A DNA stretch of 64,000 bases from Chiloscyllium plagiosum (lineage: Eukaryota). The DNA is taken from the NCBI RefSeq assembly GCF_004010195.1, contig NC_057747.1, positions 9,093,070 through 9,157,069 of the forward strand, read 5' to 3'. Within the stretch, counting starts at the first letter, position 1. Each line of letters starts with the position of its first letter. The notes under the pieces are model-generated. The model was not told the origin of the DNA. It saw only the letters and a program-made list of their open reading frames with translations, and made no database searches. The position numbers and the translations under genes were made by a program. Shown piece after piece: positions 38,995-51,551 of the stretch.

Positions 38995-40163
38995 CCTTTA
39001 GGTGCGTGGACTGCGATCAGGAACTGAAATATGAGAATCCATACTTGGCTCATGTCCGTTTCCTGTGTGGCAAAAGGAAAGAGGGTCTGGCCTGGAGGGA
39101 CTTGCAGGCGCTGGGGGCTGCCCAGAGCTCTCTGCTGAAAGAGCCAGAGCGGGTCATCGAGGATAGAGTCACCAACTTCCACAGGATCGCCCACGATCTG
39201 GAGCACTCGAAGCGCAAACCTGGCGCCCAGGACGAGAGCAGGCCCTCGGCCGCCAGCAAGCGGAAACAAGACGGAGGGGAGGAGAATAAAGTCCGCAAAA
39301 CCGTTCTGTTGGAAAAGACAAACCATTTAGCCAGTGAGCAGGGAGAGCAGCTTTCAAAAGAAGGCGCCAGTGTCCGCCCGGCCCTGGCGGTCTCCGTTTG
39401 GAGACTTCACTCAGACAAGTTCATGTTGAAGAAGGACTCGGCGGGGCATAACACCAGTGCTTTCACCGAGGTGCGGAGGCTCAGAGACAAGGTTAGGGCT
39501 GACAAAGCGGAGGGGAATGATAAAGAGAGCGACTCTGATCTGACCAGGAAGGTCGGTCTAAGAACGGACGTGGTTCTCAGTTCCACAGGGAGCGCCTTCT
39601 CTTCAGTGTTACCTTCAAGTGCCCGCGAAGAACAGAAGAGTGCGTTTTGCCAACCCCACAGGAGGACAGCCTTGGGTCCTTCAATGCTGGTAGCACACAC
39701 CCTTCACTCTCCCAGCGAGTGCTCTCGGGATTTCCCTGATTCGATCCCTTCCAACAGTCTCCCTGGCCACACCAGTCTGTTGGGATCCAAGCTCCTCAGT
39801 GCTGAGCTTGGTGGCTCCCACATACTGCACACCAGCGTCAGTACACACAGCCCATTTCTATACAGCACCGAGCTGTGGCCAAAGCCAGTGGGAGTTCAAC
39901 TACAGTCCACCTCCTCTCTGACCCTGCTGCCGCCGTCCTACACCTCCTTCGCAGTGTCCGCTCAGAACTGGTGCGCCAAGTGCAACGCCTCCTTCCGGAT
40001 GACCTCCGACCTGGTGTTTCATATGAGGTCCCACCACAAAAAGGAATACGCCACCGACTACCTGAGCCAGAGGCGCAGGGAAGACAAACTGACGTGTCCC
40101 ATTTGTAATGAGTTCTTCAGGGAGCGCCATCACCTCTCGAGGCACATGACATCGCACAACTGA
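38995..40163 (+). CDS. ZNF488: ZNF488 (PRDM8 paralog), coding exon 3: CCHC finger, linker, two C-terminal C2H2 fingers, stop
   Basis: Acceptor ttttag|CC is in frame with the phase-1 donor. Contains FRCVDC...LAHVRFLC and NWCAKCNASFRMTSDLVFHMRSHHKKE...LTCPICNEFFRERHHLSRHMTSHN*, the PRDM8/ZNF488 finger pair. The spliced CDS is 1617 nt (538 aa). Adjacent to RBP3, as ZNF488 is in tetrapods. Confidence 0.9.
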
Positions 40164-41319
40164 GGTCCGCACTCGGAACTGAAGAGAGCGAGGTTTATCG
40201 TCCCTGTGCTCAAGAGTTTCTTTACAAGCTGGGGGCATGGCCCTGTTCAAGAGCAGATCAGAGGGCCTGACTGTTTCAGACCTGGCGAGCGAGCAGTCTA
40301 AATTTCAAAAATAATCTTGCAAAACACTGGATTTATTTAGAGCGGGCAACTGAATCTGGAATACAAAGAACTTCTAATGTAATCCTAGTTGCATTTTCAA
40401 AATAATATCTAGAAATAACTGCATTTATTACAAAAGTCCCCCGGAACAGCCATTTTGAACACGGTTATGTACAGTCATAATTTCTGTTTTAAGTACTATG
40501 AACTTCATGTAAAGACAATAGACGCTGCAACTGGTAAAGCGACCTTCAATTTCCATTTCTTGTCGTTTGGTTGATTCCTTTTGAGAATATACTGTATGTA
40601 TCTGCAGTCCAGTTGTTACAACTATGTGTCATTCATTCTTGTAGTCTGGTTGCCCTCTTGAATTACACAGTCTGATATCGTCCCAACAGTAAGGAGACTG
40701 ACTGTACGTCATCAATTTGCACAACAGCCCTCGAAATTATTAAGTGTGTGGCTGATCATGTGTTCGAACAGAGCCTGGTAATTGCTTTGAAATTGACGTA
40801 TAAACACATAACTAATCACTCTTGAAAGTCGGTCTATTTCCTGCAGCCCATGTCTTGGTCCTGACACGGTTGAAGAAAGATTTGGAGGGGGGGGGGGGGG
40901 GGGGGTGCTTGAGCCAATGTTGTTTCAGGTACTAGCGAAGAGGAAGTTATGGTGCTGAGGATGGGTTAACCGAAGCTAAAGGACATACAATAATGAACGA
41001 TGGATGAACCCAAATAATAGAAGCCCGCATATTCGTTAAATGCAAAACTTTTTCTGTCAGTTACTCAGATCAAGTCAAAGGCGGGAGGGAACAGAGTGAG
41101 TGATCGTTGAGGAAGTGTCACTTCAACTTAAGTTACTTGTTGTTCAGGATTATTTTACAGGTGTTTGTATGTCAGGCGAATCAGTGACACTGGCTGACAG
41201 TGTCCTTTCACATTAGCTGCTTCTTTTTTTACATTCCGTGGGGCTGAACTGGGAGGAACCCCCTATAAGGTGAACAGGTCTCTTAGTAAGTAGTGTGTAA
41301 ATGGTGTCAGTTTTGTCAA

Positions 41320-41605
41320 TGTTAAAAAAAATCACCCAACACCAGGTTATAGTCCAACAGGTTTATTTGAAAGCATTAGTTTTCGGAGTGCTGCTCCTTT
41401 ATCAGACGATTGTGGAGAATAAGACTGTAAGACACAGAATTTATAGCAAAAGTTTACAGTGTAATGTAACTGAAATTATATATTGAAAAAGACCCAGACT
41501 GTTTGTTGGGTCTGTTGTCTTTTTAGAATGACCACGTAGGTTTCACTTCTTTCATAAGTAAATCGCAAAACTTTTTTTTTAAAGTTACATTCTCAAGTGC
41601 ACTTT
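41320..41605 (-). mobile_element. Third Penelope-like terminal-repeat family with degenerate hammerhead
   Basis: Minus strand CTGATAA AGGAGC AGCA CTCC GAAAA (~41378-41405). Related pieces lie at 14446-14570 and in the palindrome 46135-46218. Confidence 0.55.
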
Positions 41606-42456
41606 AAATCAGTTCTGTCAATGGCTTGGAACCAGTTACAGTATCAATTTGGCAACAGATAGTTAAGGACGTTTTATCCTAGAAATGACGACATTTCTTC
41701 AGGGTTTAGACCTTCCTTTTATTGAAACTGAAAGACTGACTGTGATCACTGCTCACATCACATCCCGAGTTTTGGAAAGCAATTTGAATGAAAACTCGAG
41801 TGATATTTGTTGAGAGATTTATCAAGTCCCAGTTGCCAGGATATCCTTTCTGCTCCTCTCCGTTTCCCACCGAGAAGGACAAAAGTATCAGATACATGGG
41901 AAGGCCAACAGTGCAAGCTCCACTCCAAGCCACTGACCTCACAGGTCCCCAAACTGCTGTGGCAGGGAAGGAGACTATCCTACATTGGAGTATTTGTCTT
42001 AGTGCCAATACCCTGCCATTCTCCCGGCGCCCTGCGTATTGCTTCCACCTAAATAGTCTGTGGCTGGGTTAACACATTGGAAACCGTCCCCTGACAGCGC
42101 TGATGCCACACCCCAAGGACTACAGCTGTTCAGGAAGGCAGCTCACCACCACCTTCTCCAGCTGAGGGATGGGCAATAAATATTGGTGCAGCCTGCCACA
42201 GCTAAATACCCCGAAGAGACAAATCCACCTGTCTGGAGAAAAATGCATTGTTTCTTCCACCCAATCACAAGTTACATCTCATGGATGAACGCAGTAATGG
42301 CTAGATTCATTAAATGCCATTATTTAAACGACTTTCGCATTCCGAAGCAGCCCTGAAGCCAGTTTACTACCTTTTGAACTAACCCGAGGCTTGTGACTTC
42401 AGGTTAGACTACCACCTGTCCCTCTAATGAGAGAGCAGGCTACCGTCTTGTAGGAC

Positions 42457-42547
42457 ATTCACCTGTTCCTCGGATGCTGCCTGACCGACTGTGCTTTTCC
42501 AGCACCACACTTTTCGACTTTGATCTCAGCATCTGCAGTCCTCACTC
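42457..42547 (+). mobile_element. Same family, lacking ribozyme core
   Basis: TSD ccgtcttgtaggac at 42443-42456 and 42548-42561. Confidence 0.7.
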
Positions 42548-43082
42548 CCGTCTTGTAGGACGACGGCGATTTTGCCGTTTAAAGTGTAGTCCAAGTAAAC
42601 TAAAACTTAATCTGAGGCAAATCAGCTTGGTGAGGAAGGAGAAATATGAAGGCAGTGAGGCGAAGCAAGCTCGTGGCTAAACTAGTTTCCTCAAGCAAGG
42701 CAATTTGTATTTAGGTTTGAGGCTCAGGATATGGGGTCGGCCATTTAGGACTGACTTGAGGAAAAATGTCTTCATCCAGAGAGTGTGGAATGCCACAGAT
42801 CAAAGTTGAGGCCAACAGTATTGAATGTTTTCAAAAAGGAGCTATTAGGTTCACAGGGTATGAGGAGAATGTGGGACTGCGTTGGATGATCAGCCATCAT
42901 CATATTGAATGGCAGAGTAGGCTCAAAGGGCCGAATGGCCTATTCTGCTCCTGTTTTCTATGTAGAACCAAGTGGTGGGCACGAATGGCGATTTTAGAAT
43001 GTTAGTGCAGTTTCCTGCGATCCCTTCGAGCTCTCTCTGGCATTGTGAGCGTGTTCAGAAGGTATCCACAGTTCAAATGAAG

Positions 43083-43212
43083 TAGGTAAAAACAATGACT
43101 GCAGATGCTGGAAACCAGATTCTGGATTAGTGGTGCTGGAAGAGCACAGCAGTTCAGGCAGCATCCGAGGAGCAGTAAAATCGACGTTTCGGGCAAAAGC
43201 CTTTCATCAGGA
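43083..43212 (-). mobile_element. Short hammerhead-bearing Penelope-derived insertion
   Basis: Minus-strand CTGATGA AAGGC TTTT GCCC GAAAC GTC (43183-43210). Probable TSD aaatgaag at 43075-43082 and 43213-43220. Near-identical to the 25099 copy. Confidence 0.75.
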
Positions 43213-43441
43213 AAATGAAGACCGACATCCATTCTATTTTTATTAGGGTTTACCCAGATAAAAGAAATTTTAAAAGTATATTATAGCACATTTCAGGCAA
43301 GGCAACGTACACAAGGGCATTATGAAATATGACACCAAGTCACATTAGGAGAAATTGTATTGGATTTTTAAGTTCGCTCTAGCTTGAGGGAACAGCGGTT
43401 GCTGACGGAATAGCGGGAAGATACAAAAGGACAATCCCTCA

Positions 43442-43683
43442 ACACACACATACACATAGACACACAGGCACACACATACTGACACACAGACACAGACACA
43501 CACAGACACCGACACATAGACACACAGACACAGAGACGCACTGACACACACACCGACACACACAGGTACACACACGCACCCACAGACACACACACACTGA
43601 CACACACACAGACACACAGTCAGACACAGACACACACATACACTCTCTCTCTCTCTCTCTATCTCTCTCTATCACACACACAC
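43442..43683. repeat. Imperfect (CA)n / (CT)n microsatellite
   Basis: Direct reading. Confidence 0.9.
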
Positions 43684-45782
43684 CCATCCTTGCCCGGTTG
43701 CCTAGGGGGTTGGGGTGGGTTTATTGTGAGGCTACAAGCTGTCCTCCCTGTCCAGGCCTCAATGACACATTGGAAGGCTGCCTCACCAAAGCAGAAAGAC
43801 GTGCATTTGCGTAGCACTTTTTACATCCTCCCAACGCGTATTGCAGCCAAAGAAAGACATTTGAGGCGGGGTTGCTGTTGTAGGGAAACCATCAGCTCGC
43901 CTTAACACAGCAAGATCCCACAAACAGTCATGTTAAGGACGACATATTTTGGTGTTGTTTCAGGCCTAGACATGGGAGGGGACGACGGGTGGAGCTCCTA
44001 AATCTTTTACCTGCATTGAGGAAGCAGGCAGCTGTGGGATAAATAGCTCGGGGGAAAGATCGCACCCCCAACAGTACAGCGGTCCCTAAGTACTGCACTT
44101 ACCTGGGTCATAGAGATGTACTAAATTTAGTCCCATTTGCCAGCATTTGTCCATATCTTTCTAAACCCTTCCTATTCATCTACCCATCCATTCGTCATTT
44201 CGATGTTGTAATTGTACCGGCCTCCAGTCTCTGGCAGTTCATTCCGTTTCCGAGTGCCGAACTATTGGGAATGGGTTTTCAGCTGGGAACTTTTAACCCA
44301 GTCGAAGGAATACTGGCACCAGTTCAGCGTAACATGGAGGCTGACGTGCCCAGTAAAATTTGAAAAAAAAGATACTGGTCATCGTGATTTACTGTCAGAT
44401 GGTGGAGGGAGGCACAGAAGAGACAAATGTTTTTGAGAAGCAATCACCGTCCATAACGATGCAAGGCAATAATACAGGACACCGAAACTAGTATCAAGAG
44501 ATCTGCACCCATACAGGGTTGTTATCTGCCATTTGTTTTAACGTGCATTCATTAGTAGCTCGATTACTCCATGGGGTTATTGGCAAGTTAAAGAGTAGAT
44601 ATAACCCTGGATGTCTTCACACACCCCCCACCCCCTCAAAAATGCCAGAAAATAAATTAATGCATTACCTGGGCCCTGGAAAGAACAGGGAGCAACACTC
44701 AATAGGAGCTGGGCACACAGACCAGAGCTGGTACCGAGAGCAGTCCACATGTTGGAAATGGACCTGCAAGTTTTATTTCCGGAGTCATAAAGCTTTCCAC
44801 CATGCCTAAAGCAGAACTGGGATCAAAGAGAACCACATTTGCGGATGCTGGTGATGTGAAAAAAAAATTGCTGGAGGAACTCAGCGAGTCTGGCAGCATC
44901 TGTGGAGAGAAAACAGCGTTTCTTCAACAAAGATCACTGCACTCAAAACGCAACGCCATTTATTTTTGTGTTTCTACTCCAGAGGTTCCTGTCCAATCAC
45001 AGGGCACTAAATGTTGACCAATAGGATTGCAATCTCTATGGGCATCCTCGCCAATGTTGGTAGGCGGAAAACTTTTAACGGATGGAGGGAGTAAGCAATA
45101 TTTCAAGACAACGGGGCCTACGCTGCTAAACATCAGCAGGATTCTTTCTGGGGGTTTTTTTTCACTTTGGATTTCCAGCACCGGCAGTTCTTTGGTTTAT
45201 TTTGCCTCACAAATGGATTTTCTGGGACATGATTGAAAATCAAAAAGTCACCATCCTGACAGGAGGTAAGTATTTTTAACCAACCAAAAAGGAGCGATTC
45301 GCATCGTCCAATAGGAAAGCGGGACATGATGCTATGTTTACTGTCAGGAAATACACTACATGCCATGTAGCATTTTCTCCCGCACATTCAAAGTAAACTA
45401 GACCTTATGTTTACACTATAACTGAATGATAACTGGATGTAGATTGCAAATTGTCGCTAGACATGTCAATTATACGGTAGACTCTTGTGTTTTTTTCCTA
45501 TTATAAAACACAGGAAGCTATTTAAATTGAACCTTCTGTTCTCTGGGGAAATCTATATAATTAAATCTGTTACTTTTACAGTTTGCTCCTTACTGCTAGT
45601 AATTACTCCTTCAAAAACAGCAAGACGTTGGGGTTTTGTCCTGCGTTTTATCTCCTGGAGGGAAGTGGTACAGTGAGTTAGAAATAGTAAAAGCATAGCG
45701 ATGAGCTGGAAGCCAGGGAGCTGCTAATGGACACGACCTCAGTCCCAGGCAGGAGTCGCTTCCTGCCCTGACTCTCGGGGAC

Positions 45783-46310
45783 AAAGATAGAGAGATAGAG
45801 GGAGAGATAGATAAAGAGAGAGAGGGAGACACAGAGAGAGTAAGCGAGAAAGAGAAAGATACAGAAATAGAGATAGAAAGGGACAGATGGAGGGAGACTT
45901 AGAGAGATTGAAATACAGAAGGAGAGAGATAGAGGGTGAGATGGAGGGAGACATAGTGAAATAGATACAGAGAGATATAGAAGGAGAGACAGAGAGAGGT
46001 ATAGAGACAAAGAGGAAGGGATGGAGGCATAGATGAAGGGAAGTTTAGAGAGAGAGATAGAGGCAACGAGAGAGACACAGACAGACATATAGAGAGATGT
46101 GGAGGTGTCGGTGTTAGACTGGGGTGGACAGAAAAAGTTCACACAACACCAGGTTACAGTCCAACAGTTCGAAATACACGTGCTGGACTATAACCCGGTG
46201 TTGTGTGATTTTTAACTATATAGAAAGAGATAGAGGGAGACATAGAGAGAGATATAGAGACAGAGATACAGTTAGAGGGAGTGAGAGAGATAGATAGAGA
46301 GAGAGGTATA
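45783..46310. repeat. GA-rich low-complexity tract split by a palindromic insertion (46135-46218)
   Basis: Direct reading. Confidence 0.85.
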
Positions 46311-46847
46311 TCTCCCTCCGAAAACTGGGACAGGTGGAAACTTGAATCAGGGCCTCCTGGTCTAGAGCTAGCGCCATTTCTGGCCATGCTAAAGCCACAT
46401 CTTACACGTGGGTGGTTCATTTTGACAAGAGCACAGAAAGATGCAGTTCAGTGACTTTGCTTTTACCAGCTTAATAAGTGACTAAGAAGGATCAATTGTA
46501 CTAATATTTTACCCCCAAACTTTCAATTATAGTGGATTAAACGCGTTATTTACAACATTTATCCTGCAATTTATAATGATGTGAATTCGAGTTCCTTATA
46601 TTTTGACGAACGTGTATTTTTTCAGGTAAGAATTCATAGTTTGGATTCGATGTAGTATTTCAGATTGAGAATATATATGTATTATAACAATAGAGATTAA
46701 TTTAAAGATATTGAGAGTATAGATACTATTTTCAAGACATAGATTCAATTTTATTAGGGCTAATCTAATTAGATTTGCTTTAAGGTTAGGTATTGGCTAA
46801 CACACCAAAACAGATCGACACATCAAAGTGTTCCCAGTTTTAAACGA

Positions 46848-46853
46848 TTTATT
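46848..46853 (-). other. Candidate RBP3 polyadenylation signal
   Basis: AATAAA on the minus strand ~390 nt after the stop, followed by a T/GT-rich stretch. Confidence 0.4.
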
Positions 46854-47239
46854 GTATTAATCGCCGATTCTCACGCCAAAATAATCTTTTCCCCCTGAAA
46901 CATCGCATGATATTCCTTCACGAGAAAGCGAAATGAGCGGAATAATGAGGCAAACGAGAAGAACGTGGATAGTGAATAGTCCAATGGAACACAAGGCGTA
47001 AAGACATGGCCCCAACTGGGTCATAACGTCTAAGGTTGGGGTGCGCTGTCCTTCAATAACCCACACATTAATACAGTACACATTTGGAATTTCTGAGGCT
47101 GGTATAATGAGAATTGAGCTTCGAATGATTGTCCATTGACAACTACATTTGAATCATTGATTTCTAATTCTCGGTGAAATCGCCATGCGTATTTGACTAT
47201 GGGGGTTGTGTGTTTATATATAAACGACCCGAAGTCACA

Positions 47240-47565
47240 TTAGGAGGCTCCGTGGAAGTGACTTCTCAAGATATCCCTGGCTTTTTCTAGCGCCGTTTCC
47301 GCAGCTACCTCGAGGTGAGGAGTTACTCCAATCCCTTCCCAGGACGCTCCGTCCGGGTTGGAGGATCTGACCGTCGGGATGCTCAGGTACAGCTGGGTGT
47401 CATCCACATGGTAGGTTTGCGGGGGGTGACAACCGCCACTGGTCAGCTCCCCGACCACCACAGCCCTCCCCAGCCTCTTCATCACGAAGACAAACTCCTC
47501 AGCTGCGCCCGAGGTGAAGTTACTGGTGAGGAGGATCAACTGCCTTCCAGAGCCATATCGCTCAC
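47240..47565 (-). CDS. RBP3: RBP3 exon 4 coding part
   Basis: taaag|(G)[107 protein letters not shown]. The spliced CDS is 3660 nt (1219 aa). Intron 3 is only 89 bp. Confidence 0.95.
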
Positions 47566-47654
47566 CTTTATTAACAAGGGGAAAGAAAAATGTCAGGGCG
47601 ACACGGCAACCTCAGGCTGATAGCCGACTTGGTAACAAAACAATATTCCAGTAC

Positions 47655-47797
47655 CTGCTACGTGTGGAACTGTCCACAGTTCGGAGATGGTGTCAGTGGG
47701 TCTGTTGTAAACGCTATCGAGGAGAACAGGCCTTCCATCGTCAAAAAAGTAGGAACACAGGAGCGGGATGGCAGACGTAGGTCCTCCAATGTTGTAC
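47655..47797 (-). CDS. RBP3: RBP3 exon 3 (143 bp)
   Basis: gggtag|(R)[47 protein letters not shown](G)|gtactg. Phases are consistent with exons 2 and 4. Confidence 0.95.
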
Positions 47798-48859
47798 CTA
47801 CCCGGGAGAAGATGTGCTTGAATTAGTTACACGCTGGAAAATGGAATGTGTGTTTGGGCCATTTCAACAACACTCCGACCACGCGGAGAGTGAAGGGTTG
47901 AGTCTATATCTAATTATTATCAAAGGGGTTGTTGAACGGATCTTCACTCATCGAAATCAAGGCACGATGCATGAAATCTCCTTATACACAGAAACTACAC
48001 CTGAACGCCCCATTCTGAACTAGAGTTGTGTCTTGTCAAGCGTTGCATGATTCCTGTGAAAGTGGAACTGAAGCCGGGAGTGGTGCATCTGTGAACAGAG
48101 AAACAGGGTTAAGATCGGGACTACGATTTGATTCTTCTTTCGAACTGAAAAGTGCTGGAAATGTAACGGGTTTTACTTCTTGATAAAACGGAAGGAACGA
48201 GTGGAGCAGAAGACAGAGAGAAAGATTAAAAGTATAATTGAACAAAAGACGAAGCGAGAGATAATGGTTGAAGAGATTAAGCAAAGTAAAGGTCCAGGTT
48301 ATGCAGAATACAGATCGAATTTGCTGGAAACTTGAACAGAACAGAAAGAGCGAGAGAAACTCAGCAGTGTATGAAATTTACATGACAATATACATTGTAA
48401 TTACAATTACATTGTAATTCAGCAGGTCTGGCAGCATCCGTGCAGAGAGAAACAGAGTTTATGTTTGGAGTTCAGTCAATAGTGTGTGTACTCTATAGGC
48501 ATATACAGTTCACCTCCTGCCGAATAGTATATGGACTCTATACGCATATACATTCACCTCCTGCCGAATTTCTCCAGCGCTTTCTGTTTTAATTGCGATT
48601 CCCAGTATTTTGCTTTCATTTGATGGAATCCTTTGGGCAGAATACGTACCCTGTGCTGACTGTCCTTTGCTTCAATCATGTAGCGTTACCTCTGCCCTTA
48701 AGCAACAGAGCACACTGCTCACACCCTGGCTGCAAGTTCTCAATATTTTGTCAGTCTAGAAATCACAGTCATGAAGTCATTTTTTCCCCTGTAAATTTGA
48801 AAAGCATTTTGCAGATCTGGTCCAAAAATACAAGTGTGTCTCTTTTAAGGAGAAAATTC

Positions 48860-49128
48860 GATTAGATTCCCTACAGTGTGGAAACAGGCCTTTCAGCCCA
48901 CGACCCTCCGAAGAGTAACTCACCCAGACCCATTTCCCACTGACTAATGTACCTAACACTATGGGCAATTTAGCATGGCCAATTCACCTGGCCTGCACAT
49001 TTTTGAACTGTAGGAGGAAACCGGAGCACCCAGAGGGAATCTCCACACAGACAGTCACCCGCGGCTGGAATTGAACCTCGGACCCTGGTGCTATGAGGCA
49101 ATGGTGCTAACCACTGAGCCACCCCAAC
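48860..49128 (-). mobile_element. tRNA-derived V-SINE (HE1-like)
   Basis: Reverse complement of the same SINE with an internal deletion. Confidence 0.85.
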
Positions 49129-50436
49129 CCCTGTGCTGCATATTTCAATAGTGTGATTTCTTAAAGTTACCAATAATCAACTTGCTCAAAATACTCCTTA
49201 AAGCTTTTAACCTGAAACAAGTTTATGAGAAAAAATGAAACTTAAAATCGAGTATAATTCTAACACAGAAACTTCTGCTTCAGTTCCCAGTTTAAAGAAG
49301 TATCTTCAATTACACTTGATGGATTTGCCTTTCATCATTTTCCTCCACAACAGTGATTCATTTCAAAATTACACAAACTGAAAAACAATCTTCTGCATTA
49401 GTAATCTCCTAGCCACTTTGATCTGAAAGGGAAACTGAAATTATGAAGCACATATTTGCTCTCACTTGTGTGCAATGACCATCTTATACATTGATAATAA
49501 CCAGAATACATAAAAAACCCTGCATTTTACTCAAGTATCTCACTGAGTACTGTTTCACCTGTAACACAATGACATGAGGTTACTATTTATGCAACAGCTT
49601 TGGGACACAGTTATCTGTACTATCTGGTGAATACATTTGCTGACGTCCATTTCATAACATTATATGACATATTAAGATTCTGGACTAATACTGCAGCATG
49701 ATAACAGTTAATTAATAGCTTTTATTAACATGTGTGAAATTACTGAATTTGATTCTCATAACACCAGTAATTCACTCAGATTTTGTTGCACAAAATACAA
49801 GTTATTTTAAGAACATTGGTATAATCAAAATTGAAAGCAGCTTTTATAAATTACTCACAAAACAGAAATTGATGGAGAAACTCAGCAGGTCTGGCAGCAT
49901 CTGTGGAGAGAAAGCAGTTTTGAGAGTAATGTTCATTGTCCATAGTCCATTCATTGCACTCAAAATGTTAACTCTGTTTCTCACTCCACAGATGCTACTA
50001 GACCTGCTGAGTTTTTTCAGCAATTTCTGTTTTTGTTTGTTTCAGATCTCCAGTGCCCAAAGTTCTTTGTTTTAGTTTGGTTCTTAAATTACTCATGACA
50101 AATCGTGAGGATCCATGTAATAAAATGAGATTCAACATAATCAGTCACTGTGAACGTCATTGTTAGAGTTCAAAGTACAGTATTCACAACACTCCATGGT
50201 GTGAAACTGTGTTAGGTTCCAGTATGACTGTTTCATCAAGGTGTAACATGCCAAGTGAAGCAGTTTCCAGTTTGGGTATCAAGCTGAAGCAGCCCATGTT
50301 TATAAAATCATGAGGGGCATGGATCGGGTAAATAGGCAAGGTCTTTTCACCAGGGTAGGGGAGTCTAAAACTAAACTGAACCACGACCTGAGCTACAAAT
50401 CTTCACAAAAATCCCCCTAGACTGTTAATCACCTTC

Positions 50437-50472
50437 ATTCCTGAAGAAGGGCCTGTGCCCGAAACGTCGAAT
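50437..50472 (+). ncRNA. Minimal type I hammerhead ribozyme motif (intact core) in a short Penelope-derived insertion (50435-50530)
   Basis: ATTC CTGAAGA A GGGC CTGT GCCC GAAAC GTC GAAT: helix I ATTC/GAAT, helix II GGGC/GCCC, cleavage triplet GUC. TSD aatcacct at 50427-50434 and 50531-50538. Confidence 0.7.
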
Positions 50473-51237
50473 CTCCTGTTCCCTGGATGCTGCCTGACCT
50501 GCTGTGCTGTTCCAGCAATAAAGTTTCAACAATCACCTACAAGACACAAGTTAGGAGCACAATGGAGTACTTGCACCCTCTTGATGCTATTTTCCACTTT
50601 CTATACCAGTTATCTTTTGGAATCTCTGAATGGAATTGCCAACTTCATACAAAATAATGAACAGTTTTGTGAGCAATCGCTTTACAGTAGACAGCAACAA
50701 ACCAAGTCTATTTTATACAAAAACAGAAATTGCTGGAGAAACTCAGTAGGTCTGGCAGCACCTGCTGAGAAAGCAGAGTTAACATTTTGAGATTGATGCT
50801 CCTTCTTCAGAACTATTTTCGACTGAGTTCTTACAGCTGGCAGATGTGCCTTCCATTTAATCAGCCTGGGCCAGATTTAAATTCAAATAAAGGCAAAATA
50901 CCATTGATGCTGGAAATCTAAAGCAAACACAGAGAATGTTGGAGAGCATTTGGCAACAATTTGTGGAGAAAAACAAAGGAATTAATGTTTAGCCACACTG
51001 GACTCAAAATACTAACTCTGTTTCTCTCTGCACAGATGCTGTCAGACCTGATGAGTTTCTCAAACATTCTCTGTGCTTGTTCTAGATTTGAACTCAGACT
51101 TGCAGAAAGAAAGGAACAATATCTAATTCACAGGGTAAGTCTAACTCAGGACTAAGCAATTTTCTTGACTGGCAACACAACCACGCATATTCACTCCCTC
51201 CACCACCAATGTTCAGTTGCAGCAGTGTGTACCAGTG

Positions 51238-51551
51238 TGGGCAGCACAGTAGCACAGTGGTTAGCGTTGTTGCCGCACAGCGCCAGAGACCCGGGTTCAA
51301 TTTCCGCCTCAGGCAACTGTCTGTGTGGAGTTTGCATATTCTCCCCGTGTCTGCGTGCGTTTCCTCTGGTTTCCTCCCACAGTCCAAAGATGTGCAGGTT
51401 AGATGAATTGGCCATGCTAAATTGTCCGTAGTGTTAAGTGAAGGGGTAAACGTAGGGGAATGGGTCTGGGTGGGTTGCTCTTCGGAGGGTTGGTGTGGAC
51501 TTGTTGGGCCGAAGGGCCTGTTTCCACACTGTAAGTAATCTAATCTAATCT
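51238..51551 (+). mobile_element. tRNA-derived V-SINE (HE1-like), full length
   Basis: A box (tagcacagtggtt), B box (gggttcaatttcc), V-domain ctgtgtggagtttgcatattctccccgtgtctgcg, CR1-like tail and (aatct)n end. Nested in an older LINE tail. Confidence 0.88.

Noticed and set aside
40886-40905. G homopolymer of about 20 nt as a functional G-quadruplex
   Set aside because: A simple homopolymer whose length is error-prone, with no other support.
43345-43687. Cys/Val-rich ORFs
   Set aside because: Microsatellite translations.
51238-51310. tRNA gene
   Set aside because: The A and B boxes belong to a tRNA-derived SINE head that continues into the V-domain and tail.
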